A DNA stretch of 63,988 nucleotides, filler included, from Basidiobolus ranarum (GCA_040143965.1; 4 parts of 4 records of this genome joined end to end with filler, not necessarily neighbours in it); one strand, 5' to 3'; shown: positions 26,224 through 39,444, counted from the first letter of the whole stretch. Made by a program: numbers and translations. Notes: generated by a model from the letters alone, not told the origin.

Positions 26224-26869
26224 TGCTTGGAACATCTTGTATTTGCTGGCTCTGCGCACATTTTCTTCCGATCGACTTCTTCTCTTTATCTGTACCAAAC
26301 GTCTTTATTCACTTTGTGGTTTACCTGTTTCACACCTTTCATCTGTTTTTTGTCATTATAGCCTACCCGGTTCGTTCGTTTGTTTGTGTTGTTTATCTGA
26401 ATGCGTTTGGTTAATGTAAATGTGTAATCGTAGTACTATTTCTTTCTGCCATCTTTTTTTGTTTTGAACATTTCTCTTCATCCAACATGCTTCAAAAATT
26501 GTGAAACTTTAGAAACGAATTAAAACTCACGACCATCCGATTATTTTCGAAATAAAATTGTAATAAATAGTATCCAACATGATTAGTACGAAACCATTTA
26601 CGTATTTCGTGGCCTTCACTACTTGATCTCCATCACGTGGTGCTGTATAGTGACTTCCTCATGTCAAAGTCATACTACTGCAGAAAGCGGGGTATCAAAC
26701 TAGTAAATTATACTATTAAGAGCTCACTTCTATACTAAAGGAGTCAAGAGACCACTTTACAGGGTTTCTTGTTTTTAAACTTTTGTAGCTTATAGTTCAT
26801 CCTTTTGTTTAGTTATTTGGGCTTTTACTCTCCTTTTTCTCAACACGTTAATTCACTTTAGTCAACATT

Positions 26870-29488
26870 ATGGGCATTTTGGTTCAAGCCTCACTTGCCC
26901 AAGATGCGGTTTTCTTTGCTGGTGATAAAATATCTTGTACCATAACTTTTTTTCACCAACCTTCTAATACTGCACACCCTTTATCCAAACCCACTGACAC
27001 GAATGAACATTTTTTTGGTGACTCCCCCACCGACCTTGGAAGTATACCTGAAAGTGGGAGGTCCAGTTTAGACTCTATATATACGCAGCAATCTACAGAT
27101 TCTTTAGATAATCGCTTTACCAATCTCTTGATAGCTTCTAATTTTCCACCAAATTGTGAGACCAAGCTTAGCCCCGAACTTTTTAACAATTCTTCAACTA
27201 CGGATAGAAATCCAGATACGAAAATTTATCAGGATTCAGAGGACGCAAGTTTATTTAATTTCAAGTTTGTAAGGAAAAAGACGGCTTCTTTTTCGTCTTG
27301 GTTTAATTTTTCCGAAAGTTCAGATACTTCGAATTTAAGTGGAAACTCACCAGGTCCTGGTAAGAAGTAACTTTCTCTCTCTCTCTTTCGATATATTTAC
27401 TTGTCAGAGAGGGCTCCTTTATTGATTATATGGTAGTTGTTACATAGATATAAATATCACTACCCATAATATGGATTTTTTTCTGCAACTACTTATCGGC
27501 AAAAGGTGCTTTTTCATTTTAGACTATACTAAGCCTGTTGTCAATGGATATGGGAATCTTCAACGAACTCAATCTTCAGATGGTTTAATAGCCTCCTTGA
27601 GTTAGTGAATTCTATATTTTCACGTTCGTGATTATTCCGTATGATCCCAACCCTTCGATTAATAAGAAACCCTCGTATTTAGATCTGAAAGCAGCGACTA
27701 TGTTGAGATCATCCTCCTCTCCGTGCGCTAGTTTTAAAACGGAGTATCTTATGTGGGGGTTTGCTCAAGTCGTAGGACACTTTGTTATTAATGGAAGCAT
27801 CGTTAAATTCAATGAGTTTGAGCCACTCAAATCCAGAACCATGTATCGATCTGCTAACGGTATAGGTTCTGGGGGTACTGTGGGTGGAGGTATTATTGGA
27901 GTTCCTTCAGCTGGCGGAACAATATCATCTGTAGCTGAACTTCAAAAAGGAGGTTTGTTAGACATAATTGAGATTTAAGGGTTCTCTCATTGAAGGTTTG
28001 ATCTTAACACTCCACTTTGGGGGTTTTTTCAATCAAGACAGTAAGATGCTTCCGGTACTCTCCACACCGCCATCAATTCTCTTTTGCGACCTCGAATTGG
28101 CACCAGGAGAATCCAAAACATGTTAGTATGCTCTCAATAGATTCAATGATAGATCCGGTTAGCTTATATACGATGTCTAGATACTTTCGAGCTTACATTA
28201 CCTTCTGTCTTACCGCCTTCTCATCGGGGAAAGGCTATACGTATAACGTATAATCTTCTGTTGGGGGCACAACGTGGTGGACTGCATACACGAGCGCAAA
28301 TATTCCAAATGCCATTTAGAATCTTCTCCAAGTTAAATTGTAAAGGCTTTATAGGTCTAATAACACTTCTCCCGATGTTCTTCTAAAGTTGGTTTTTCAA
28401 AACTTTAGCACAGGGATTACCCAGTCCATACGATTTAATGAATCCTACCATCATAAATAAGGATGAAGCGATTAGCAAATGTTTGGATAAGAAATTTGCG
28501 GTGGAGGAGGAGGAGGCAAAAAACGAAGGTTGATAAATGATGTAGTGACTCCAGTTGCTGTTGACATATACATTCTAACCCGATATACCTAGAGATCTCT
28601 ACGGAAGCAATGATCGAAAAGATTCTCTCTCTATCTTTGTCGGATGAAGATCCAAATTCCGAAAAACTATCCAATATAACCTCGTTATCAGTTACCGAGA
28701 ATTCCAGAGATGTTCTCAACTTAGGAAGATCACTTGAAATCGCTTCAATGATATGTCAAAAGTTTAGCAAGGGTACTCTACATTATCGTCGTTGTTAGGT
28801 TGGTAGCCAGATATTCTCTAACATGGGTATGTAGTTATGTTTAATATTAGCAAAGGAGATGATTCGTTTGCCCAATTCAGTATGATGAAGACGGCTTTTC
28901 GACTGGGGGATGTTGTCACAGGCACCTTGACATTTATGAGCTCTCTCGAACGTAGTTATCAGGTAGTTGGGTTGTTTAGCAAACATATAGAACTTGAATT
29001 AACCTCTTCTTTCATCAACTGATCTGAGGTTTCCGTTACGCTAGAATCGATCGAAACTGTAGATGAATTTTTTGCAAACAAAACACCCCAACAGACCGAA
29101 ATTTGTACCAAGAAGATCCACGCTGAACAACACGAGTTTTGTCTCAACACGTTACGCACGAACATCATGCTTAATATCCCACCACATTGCACACCTGGCT
29201 TCAGAACTTCGGCTGGTAATGTACCACTCAAGTGTGATGTTGATTGAATACAATACTAACGGTCGCTTAGTTTCTTTGGAGTGGTATTTGAGAATTAGAT
29301 TAATTATCGGGATGAAGGAAAAGCATCCTATGACACTAAGCCACTACGACGCTAATCACACACATCTTAAAGCCATTGATTATGCCGATTCGGAAACCTT
29401 TGATTGTCGGGTTCCGATTCGTGTTTATCCTGTAAGCTATGATTCGGCTCGGATCTACAATAATCTTCAGATATTCCCAATTTCTTGA
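26870..29488 (+). CDS. RGP1: Rgp1, subunit of the Ric1-Rgp1 Rab6/Ypt6 GEF, multi-exon
   Basis: VFFAGDKISCTITF, LMWGFAQVVGHF, LPVLSTPPSILFCDLELAPGESK, LPPSHRGKAIR, AFRLGDVV, IPPHCTPGFRT, VSLEWYLR, ETFDCRVPIRVYP. Confidence 0.88.
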
Positions 29489-29843
29489 TGTATATTTTCT
29501 TTACTCTTTCCAAATAATAGTATATATATCCATTCGAATTCTTTACCAAGTCGGATTCTGAGACCTGACCCGACATTTAATATGCTTGTAATTCTCTGTG
29601 CCTGTAATTCTCGATTATCCACTCAACATATCCATCTGACCTAACCTATTTAGTAAATTGAGCAGACTCAGCTGGCCGAGAAAGGTCGAGACTGGTGAAA
29701 AGTAGTTGGAAAGAGAATTGGAGTTGGAAATCGAATGCGGCGGAATTTAATGTATACATAGCATTTATTAACAATATTGGGGGGGGTTAGGGTTAGTGTG
29801 ACTGGAGTGAATATATTATACGATCAATTAGTACCAACTAGTC

Positions 29844-31071
29844 TTAAATAAAGAGGGAAACGGCAATAGCTACTACTACAGCAAGCCCACTTCTGATAGT
29901 ATTGGCGGATCCTTTTTTGTCGCTGTGATCATCTTTGTCGCTCTTATCATCTTTGTGGTCTTTGACCTCCTTGTCGTTCTTTCCATTGTCGAGATCCTTT
30001 TCTTCGGTGCAATTAAATTTAGTGCTGTTAGTGACACTTCTGATAAAGGTTCTAAACGTGGCACAATCGAATTTGTCCGAGGACTTGACACTTGAAATTC
30101 CCCCGATTTTTTTCAAATCTGGAAGAGTAATATTAGAGATAGGTCCAGAGACATTCAAACTACCATAAATTGTCTGAAGATCCTTGAATCCGTCAATTAC
30201 ATTCAAAGCAGAGTTATTCGCCAAGAACAAAGAACCACCAATCTCCTCAAGCTCTGGGAAAGAAATATTCTTCAATTGACTGTTACCAATGAAACTCAAA
30301 GTAGCTCCAATATGAGTAACATTGAGTTCCACCTCCTCGAAGAAATTGTACGAGAAATCGAGGACATTGCTGACTTTGTTGAGGCTATTCAAGTTCAAAT
30401 TGGTGACATTGTTGATGTTGAGATTCTTGGAAGTAACAAGTTTTGGAGCTGAGAGTTCAAACTTCATATTGTTGTTAACAACAGTGAGATCACCATTGAT
30501 GGAGGTCAAATTGGTTAAGGCCAATGTCTTAAGATTGCGATTAGCAGCGACAAAAATGGTATCCAACTCATCGAATTTAAGACCATCCAAAGTTGCAATA
30601 CCGTTGTTGTTGATGTCCATTTTGTTAACCTTCTCTAAGCCGGCAGGGAAGTTCATTTGCTTAAGGTTAGAGTTATTGATGATGGATACCTCTTGTGCGG
30701 AGGTAAGTTTGGCGATATTGATTTCACCAAGGTTGACATTGTCTTGGAAATTCAAGATGCGAGCGGACTTGAGAAGAGGAAGAGTCACGCTTTGTAACTT
30801 TTTATTGTTACTCACGGTCAAGTTTCCAACACTAGTCAAGCCAGCGAGGTTGATATATTCCAACTCAGTATGTGAAATAGCAACTCCATCAAAGCAACCA
30901 TTCAACGTAGTAAGATCAGCTGCGGACTTGACGACCACCTCCTTCTGGCACAAGACTTCGGCTAATAAACAGAAAGTAAATAAATGAACCAAACAACTAT
31001 AAAGTAAAGCAGAACATACCGTTGGCAACAATGGCCAAGGATAAGAGAGCGAGGAGTTTGCAGTTATACAT
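29844..31071 (-). CDS. ECM33: Ecm33/Pst1/Sps2-family GPI-anchored cell-surface protein (receptor L-domain repeats)
   Basis: Exon 1 MYNCKLLALLSLAIVAN (signal peptide), intron about 31019-30962, repeats such as ISFPELEEIGGSLFLANN, many N-x-S/T sites, C-terminal KGSAN plus hydrophobic GPI signal. Confidence 0.85.
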
Positions 31072-31661
31072 GATTGAAATGTTGATGAAACTCTGACAGC
31101 TGTCAAGCCTATAAATACTTGGAATAAGGTACCAAGTTTGGTATAGTAGTGTATACTGTTTCCAAACCCGGTAATGCTCCTTTTTTTTGTTGATTACATT
31201 TTTATTCTGATCTGCACTGGATGTAGAAGACTTAGATTGGAATTTCGAGAATCTATTGAATCCTTGAAGAATCGATACGAACATCCAGTAAGGCCGCGTA
31301 TAACAAAGCCTCCTAACTTGAGTTTCAATCGGATTCATTCTAATTCTTTCCCTCGTTTACTGCATCAAGTACACCATTTGTTTATGTCTTTCTCAGCCGT
31401 CCTATCCCTTTGTATTCATAAGGTTCGATTAAGAACCAGCTAACCCTGGTACGGATAGATAAGAGATCGAAATGGAACTCTCGATGTTCGAGACAGAACA
31501 CTACATGACATATTAGGTCGGAAAAATCCCATTTCCACTGTTCACCAAACAAACGCGTGTCCAATTTGCTATTTATGTGACTGACAAAACATGGACTTGA
31601 TATTCCATTTATGGCTAAGCTCATTCTATCCACCAGTTGAAAATTTTGTCAGAGAATCATT

Positions 31662-31759
31662 TGAATAAATCGAGTATTATCGAGAATTGGATGAATAAAT
31701 CGAGTATTATCGAGAATTGGATGAATAAATCGAGTATTATCGAGAATTGGATGAATAAA
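31662..31759. repeat. Perfect 30-bp tandem repeat, 3.3 copies
   Basis: Unit TGAATAAATCGAGTATTATCGAGAATTGGA at 31662, 31692 and 31722, plus a partial copy. Confidence 0.95.
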
Positions 31760-32287
31760 CCTAGTTCTTTAATAAACAAAATATCAATCACTTAAGGTTA
31801 GCTACAACTTCACTGCAGATCCAGTTCAAGTACTAAATATAAATAATACTAACCCCAAAAATAGGGAATATACCCCCAAAATACTCGAACACTTCAATCA
31901 AATTGCCCACCAAAGTGATGGATATGTTGAGATACTTCAAATCACTATACATTGACATTTTGAATGTCTCTGAAATAGATTTAATCTGGTTTTTACATAC
32001 ACTATTGCTTCTAGCTGATTCTATTTTTTAGCATGCGTTTTTCAAATAACAATATCTCTACATTCAATTTATGATTGAACTTGATATTTAATAATATGAA
32101 GGTGATTCCACAACTCGTGATGATGTTACATACATCTTCAAAATCATCTGAATTTCAATATAGTCAATTTTTATCCATCATACTTTGTTATATCGATTTT
32201 GATAACTTATGCTAGAACCCCCAAACTCGATATGCATGTTCCTGGGACCCTCCTCAATACATTCTACACGTTTGTTTGTTTACATAC

Positions 32288-32612
32288 TGACAAACTATAA
32301 ATGTCAACTTTCTACTCAATAAATCAATAAGTGAAAACCACCAATTTCTCTAATTCTCCAAACCACTTCCAACAGGCTCCCAAATACTCTAACAGTTTCT
32401 ATATACACTATTACTCATAACTGATGCATTTTTTTGCATTTATTTTTCAAATGACAATGTCTCTGCACCCACTGCATGATTTAACTTACTATTCAAGACA
32501 TAGCTGTTAAAGTATTTGGGAGCCTGTTGGAAGTGGTTTGGAGAATTAGAGAAATTGGTGGTTTTCACTTATTGATTTATTGAGTAGAAAGTTGACATTT
32601 ATAGTTTTATCA
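32288..32612. repeat. ~108-bp near-perfect inverted repeat at contig end
   Basis: 32288-32395 is the reverse complement of 32504-32612 with only a few differences; the ~108-nt spacer resembles 31993-32098. Confidence 0.9.
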
Positions 32613-32712
32613 NNNNNNNNNNNNNNNNNNNNNNNNNNNNNNNNNNNNNNNNNNNNTTAATTAATTAANNNNNNNNNNNNNNNNNNNNNNNNNNNNNNNN
32701 NNNNNNNNNNNN
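32613..32712. other. Artificial contig linker
   Basis: N44-TTAATTAATTAA-N44. Confidence 0.97.
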
Positions 32713-32714
32713 TA

Positions 32715-32930
32715 TTCATCACTATGCTCTGGATGTTGACAGCCAGTACTCTTGGCCTTGGACTCACTCGTGGCTCAATGATTCTGACATGGATTTACTT
32801 TGCCATCGGAGTCGTCTGGGTAGGAGTCGACCTTGTGATAGCTAATGGCATTATTGACTCAGTATTTGGGCTAGTTGAGTTTGCATTGGCTTTAACAGTC
32901 ATGAGTATTGGATTTAGCAAGGGGTGGTAG
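32715..32930 (+). CDS. 3' end of an unidentified multi-pass membrane protein (truncated by contig start)
   Basis: Open from the contig edge: FITMLWMLTASTLGLGLTRGSMILTWIYFAIGVVWVGVDLVIANG...FSKGW*; about 3 hydrophobic segments; AT-rich 3' UTR follows. Confidence 0.5.
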   Translation, partial: FITMLWMLTASTLGLGLTRGSMILTWIYFAIGVVWVGVDLVIANGIIDSVFGLVEFALALTVMSIGFSKGW

Positions 32931-33376
32931 ATTATTCAAATTAATCGCATTGTTTCTAGATACCCTCATTGTTTTATTTTCTTCATTTGTATAGCCACTT
33001 TTAGCATGCATAATTAGCTAATGTGAATAAAAAGAATAATTTTTATTGAAATATAACAAACATTCTCTCTATTCAGTATTACCAGATCAATCACATAACT
33101 ACTGGCAATTAAGTTCAGATAGAATATGAACTATTTTTTGATTTTGAATGTGAACTAGCGAAAAAAAAAGTCGATTAAAGACTGTCTTACCTTAAATGGA
33201 ATTTATGAGGCAGTCATGTTTATTGTCCATTTGAATAAAGATAGTTTTTTTTTCGAGGCCTATGAAATTTGAAATTTTTATTTGATTTTTTTTTTCAAGC
33301 GGTTTATGTTGTTGATGAAGTTAGGTGTAGAACTCTGTCTATTACCAGCCATCGATATCACTTCCTTGTTTCAATC

Positions 33377-36170
33377 ATGACACAAGTTGATCTGAGTTTG
33401 AAGAAAAGAAAGACCGGCGATAAGAAGCCCAAGCTTACAGCTGCACCACGCATCTTCCAACCTTTCCGTGCAATCGGTTATATCACTAATGATCTTCCAT
33501 TTTGTATCCAAACTCGTGGTCAAGCTTTCTTCTTGACTACTTCTATTGGGAATACTTTCCAAATATACGATATGACAAAAATGAATCTTCTTTTTGTTGG
33601 TAAGTAACTTTTTTGTCAGACTATTATGTCGAATCTATTGAAAACTAATCGTACAATTGGTTTGTTAAAATATTTTAGGACCTCAAACTGAAGAGCCGAT
33701 TTCAGCCATTACTTCTCATGGTGACTATACATATGCTGCTTGTAAGAACGAGATTATCGCATATAAAAGATCCAAGGAAACATTTAGATTTGGCTCAGAA
33801 GAGCGCGATACTATCTTTTCGCTCTCTGTTTTCGGAGAATACCTTATCGCACTAAGTGAAGACAACTTTGTTCAACTATGGCGTCATGATAATGGCGAAC
33901 TCTATACCGAAATTGAATTTGATCCTCAACACTTTAAAGTCTCTGCCATGGTTCATCCTAGTACCTATTTAAACAAAGTACTTTTGGCCAGTTTACAAGG
34001 AACTATGCAGATTTGGAACATCAGAACTCGTAAACAGATCTACGAGTTTAAATCGTTTGGATCCCCAGTCACTTCTCTCACCCAGTCGCCTGTGATTGAT
34101 GTTGTTGCTGTTGGTTTATTAGATGGTACAATTATTCTTCACAACATTAAGAAAGACCAACGTATCATGACCTTGAAGCAAGAAGGAAAAGTAACATCTG
34201 TTAGTTTCAGAACTGACGAACAACATATAATGGCAACGGCTAATATGTATGGAGACATTGCCCTTTGGGATTTGGACAAAAAGAAATTGGTTCATATCAT
34301 GAAGGGTGCCCACGACGGTTTGATTCCATCTATTCAGTTTTTAAATGGTCAGCCTATTCTTGTTTCATCCGGTGCTGATAACTCTGTCAAACAATGGATA
34401 TTTGATAGTCTTGACGGTCTTCCTAGACTTCTTAAATCAAGAAGCGGCCATCATGGCCCACCAACCATGATTCGTTATTATGGAAAGGACGGGAAAACTT
34501 TACTCAGTGCCGCTCGTGATAGATCATTGCGCTCTTTCTCCACCGTTCGTGATTCACAGAGTGTGGAGTTGTCTCAAGGATCACTTAGCAAGAAATCCAA
34601 GATGTTGAACCTCAAGATTGACGAACTGAAGTTACCTCAGATCACCTGTTTCTCCGCTTGTAATGCTAAGGAAAAAGACTGGGATAACATCCTCACATGT
34701 CACATGAATGATACTAAATCACGCACCTGGTCTTTCCAACGCAAGGCTATTGGTAATCATTTGATTGGCACACCAGATGATAGCTCATTCAAGGTTGCCG
34801 CTATCAGTGCTTGTGGTAATTTTGGTCTCCTCGGTACCAATACTGGTCGCGTTGAGATGTTCAATATGCAATCCGGCCTTCATAGAAAGACTTTTGCTGG
34901 TGCCGATGGTCACACTAAGGCAGTCACTGGTATCGCGACTGATGCGTTAAATCGTATTGTTGTCACTGGTTCTCTTGATGGTATGGTTAAGATTTGGGAT
35001 TTCACCACCGCTGCGGTTCTTCACACTGTTAAACTTGATGCCCCCATCACTAGCGTTATGCTTCATCATGACAGTGACCTTGTTGGTGTGGTCTGCGATG
35101 ATCTGTCCATTCGGGTTATCGATGTTGATACTCAAAAAATTGTTAGAGAGTTCTGGGGTCATAGAAATAGAATCACAGATATAGCTTTCAGTCCAGATGG
35201 TCGTTGGATTGTTTCAGCTTCTCTGGACGGTAGTGTAAGAACTTGGGATCTCCCCACTGGTCATCTTGTAGATTTGTTTACTGTAGAGCATATCGTTACT
35301 AGTCTTTCCTTCTCTCCTTCTGGTGATTTCTTGGCCACATCTCATGTAGATAACGTTGGTATTTTCTTGTGGGCCAATCGTATGCAATTCTCGAACATCT
35401 CATTACGTAGTATCACTGATGAAGATTCCGTTGCAATTGCCATGCCTACCTCCTCTGGTATGGATGAAGACGAGGATGATGAGGATATATACTTGAACGT
35501 CGCTAATGGAGCTGATAATGCTGAAATTGGAACTCCTGAACAACTGACCGAAAGTATGATCACGATGTCGTCGTTGCCTCGTTCCAAGTGGCAAAATCTT
35601 CTCAACTTGGATGTTATCAAGAAACGTAACAAGCCCAAGGAAGCCCCTAAAGCCCCTGAGAAGGCACCCTTTTTCCTTCCTACTCTTCCTGGCGTGGAAT
35701 CCAAGTTCACCACTCCTGCCAAAGAAAATCCAGAGGATGCTGATCAATCTCGTGTCGTACAAATGGGTATCATTCGCCCCGAGACCGAATTCGTTAGATT
35801 ACTCAAACAAGGCCATGATAATAACGGTGACTTTGAAGAATTCTTCGAATACATCAAGACCCTTAACCCATCTGGGATTGACTTTGAGCTGCGCTCATTG
35901 AGCTTGGAGAATGAATTTATGGAGATTCTCTATTTCCTTGAAGCTATGGAAAATCGACTTAAATCACGTAAAGATTTCGAACTTGTTCAAGCTTACTTGA
36001 ATGTATTCATGAAGATTCATGGAGATATTATTGTGAGCAATCCTGGTGAATTTACACCCGTACTTGAACGTCTTCTTGGAGAACATCGACAAGAATGGGA
36101 AAGAGTAGAAGGATTACTTCATTATTCACTTTGTCTCATTGACTTTATCCGAAATGTGAATATTTCTTGA
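33377..36170 (+). CDS. UTP21: SSU processome WD40 protein Utp21/WDR36
   Basis: RIFQPFRAIGYIT, HPSTYLNKVL, LPRLLKSRSGH, LPRSKWQNLLNLDVIKKRNKPKEAPKAPEKAPFFLPT; intron 33600-33678. Confidence 0.96.
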
Positions 36171-36734
36171 AAGAATTTCATATCAGGTGAAAAGTAGTGA
36201 TTCAATTGGGAATTATCCATACACATTACCAAAAAAACCCCCCAAACCAAATATTATTTTTCTTTCTTTCTTTCGTTGGAAGGAATCCCATGAAATTTCA
36301 AAATTTTACTAACAAAAATTCACTTTGGTTTAGAAGTCATTAAGATCTATTTGTTTTTTTTTCATCTTTAACCCGTACCAACTATACTTTTGTACAGTAA
36401 ACATCAATAATAATAAATTTGGGTACATAGAATAGCACCATATATTTCCCACCATCTATCAATATTTGGAATTCTTTTTGGATGCATCGTTGATTGGAAT
36501 CATTCGTAACTTTAAATATTTTATTGTGCTTTGAACAGCTCCATGTAGATCCAATCACTGGTCTCCATGGTGACCTGTTGGAATTCTTTTGTACATGAAA
36601 GGAACAGGGAGGGGAAGGGGTTATAGAGGAGGGAATTAAGAGGAGAACAAGGTGTAAATCAAAGAGTATAGATCTCTACAAGCCTAGCCCATTATAGATG
36701 GATTACTTGGTGTGTGCCAGTGGAAATCGATCAG

Positions 36735-38225
36735 TTACAAAATTGTGCAAGATCCACGAGTATTACGAGAATGATGGGTATCATGATGAAGTTCACGCCA
36801 AGTATAACTAGACTTGATAGTCATAAAAGAAAGTAACTTTTTGGCTTGCTTTACACATGCAAAAGTGATATTAGTACAATCATAAATCTCGAGATTAGAA
36901 AGTTTGCTCGGTGGGTTGAAATAGATGTGACGTAGTGTGTTGTCAGTAATATGTAGACAATTATCTAATTTTAAACTCTTCAAATTCTCACATTGTTGTA
37001 CAATTTCAATCACTCCATTATCCGTGATGCTTTCACAATAGCTTAAGCAGAGCGTTTCCAAGTATCGTAAATGATTTGCAAACGAGTGAAGTGTGATGTC
37101 GGTTAAGGAATGACAATCTTCTAAATCGAGATTCACCAGTTTAGGACAACTGGTGGCAAGTACCAAGAACCCTTGGTCACCTAGATGTGAACAACCTGAA
37201 AGATCTATGTGCATTAAGTTTGGGCAATACTGTCCCAGAGCTCGGATTCCATCATTTGTAAGGTGTTGGCATCCGGATAAATTGATCGTGGTGAGTTGAG
37301 TACATCTTTCAGTCATTGCTGCCACTCCATCATCGGTGATCTCATGGCAAGATGCCAATGATATGACCTTTAACTTTTTCAGTTTGCCAATAATGGTCAG
37401 CGTATGATCATTTACATCGATACATGCATCCGCTTGAAGTGACTCTAAATTGAGGCATTTTTGAACGACCGCCACCAACCCCTCAGAGGTGGTATTCTGA
37501 CATCTAGATATATCTAGATGTTGAAGTAGCGCACAATGTTGACTCAATAATTCCAATAATCCATCATCAACCGACGACAATCCGGAGATATTCAGAACTC
37601 GAAGATCATTACACTGCTTGACAAAATACGTGAGACTTTCACCATCGATGGAATTGCATCCATTCAGTTGAATGCTCTGTATATTACAACAATGATCTGA
37701 TATCGCTCGTAATCCTTGGAAGGTTAATTGTGAGCACCCTCTACAGAATTTCAAACGTTAGTTACACGCGGTGGAAGAGGGAAAGAGAATCATGATTCAA
37801 CCTGAAATTGGCCACTTTAAGGAAGCCACCGGCCGCACAGGCTAGACTAACAATCTGCTCACCACCAATATATCGGTAATATGGTGTGAGATTTATGGCC
37901 TCCCAAAGAGAGCCATCGAAGGCAATTTTCTTCCAGTTATGGCAGACCTGATTAAATGAACTTGTAAGTAAATGATGTGAAATAGGATAACACCACGGGT
38001 CTCAGTTACCATTGAGGACTTCATTAGAGTAGGAACATCAAGGAGCTTGAAGATGCGCACTCTGAGTTCAGACGGAAGCTTCCATAGTGGGTCATTAGAG
38101 TAATAGTGAAATGAAGGGCTATGATATAAGTGTTTCTCTTCCAATAGCCCAGAAGGGGGATATAACTGTAACTGTTGGGAATGGTGGGGAAGAAGATAAA
38201 TCACCTGGGGCGACTGTACCAACAT
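36735..38225 (-). CDS. F-box/LRR protein, FBXL2/FBXL20-like, with C-terminal CaaX (CTIL)
   Basis: F-box LWKLPSELRVRIFKLLD; AFDGSLW; GGFLKVANFRGC; many cysteine-containing LRRs (LSGCxxLTD); ends GSCTIL*; two introns. Confidence 0.88.
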
Positions 38226-39444
38226 TTCGAAAGTGTAGAACTCTAATTCCCAAATAGCCTTCTAAATTATGGCACTGACAAGAGAATGGAATACAGGTAT
38301 AGCCTTCAAAGCCTCCTTTGTAGGTAAAGTTGAGGTAACAAAATGTGCAGTATAGAGAAGATCAGATGAAAGGGAAATGGCAAGAGTTTTTATGTTCTTT
38401 TAACCGTTACAAGCGGAGATATTCACCAAAAACCGATTTATCCTGTCTCTTATCCTGACCATTTCCCCCCTGATTCGGGACAGTTTGACAAAGAATGTGA
38501 AGTTAAAATAATAGTCACACTTGTTTTGCTTCCTATGATCCCATTGGTTTGCCAGTATAACAATTTAGACTGTTTCATTGCTTAAAGAAAGGAATGATTG
38601 AGAAAATATTACTGATTACTGAACATGGATAGATCAACTCGGTCCTGTTCAAGTGATTCCCATTTGAAGGGAGTTTTATTCAATTACTACCATTTAATAA
38701 ACTCCCCCTGACCACACTGCTCTCATCAGGAACAAATGGCAAGTGAGTAGACATGGAGTCAACTAGTGCTAACAATCGTGGTTGAATGGATGACTAGGAA
38801 GAGTGCAAATCTTAGACCAAAATCAGCTGTAAAACTCGGGCTACAAATGGGATGAGAGAGCTTCCAACGAACAGCCCCGATTGGACTAGTGGCAAATGAG
38901 TCATGCCAGTGTTCATCATGCAATATGCCAATAACTTGAGAGTCTAGCGCAGATCCCATAGCCAAATCAGAGAGCATTGGAGGTTCCAGGGTTATGTATC
39001 ATACCACACCAATGATACCCTGAGAATAGAGATCCCTAGCCATTTGTTGATCTAAGATTCAGAAAAATCAATGGATGAGACATTCAGTAGCAGGTGAGAA
39101 GATGCTCACAACCAATAGGTTCATCCATCTCTAAACTGCTAGAATACTGTTTCTTAATCCATCATGCGTAGTTTCTAACAAACTTGAGTAATGCCACTAA
39201 ATCACCAGCTCTCTGCGGCTGGACCATTTCTTGGGTTTTATGATCCTGGGAAAATACTTTTTATTGACCGCAAAAGTGTGCTGTTTCTTAATATGGATAT
39301 TATGATGGTTGGGATCGTGTGATACTGATTGTTTACATTTCGTTTCCAGAAAGATTATTACGAGATTAAGAACCAGGAATACACGAAGTTTTCTTTCAAA
39401 TTCATTTGAGCGTTCCGAATACACCAGCTCTCTATTACGACAAC

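Noticed and set aside
30322-30987. 221-aa antisense ORF, and similar shadows over BDF1, UTP21, DBP3, U1-70K and RLI1
   Set aside because: Antisense or alternate-frame shadows caused by codon bias of the real genes.
31662-31759. CRISPR-like array
   Set aside because: Head-to-tail identical units without spacers; eukaryotic context; no cas genes.
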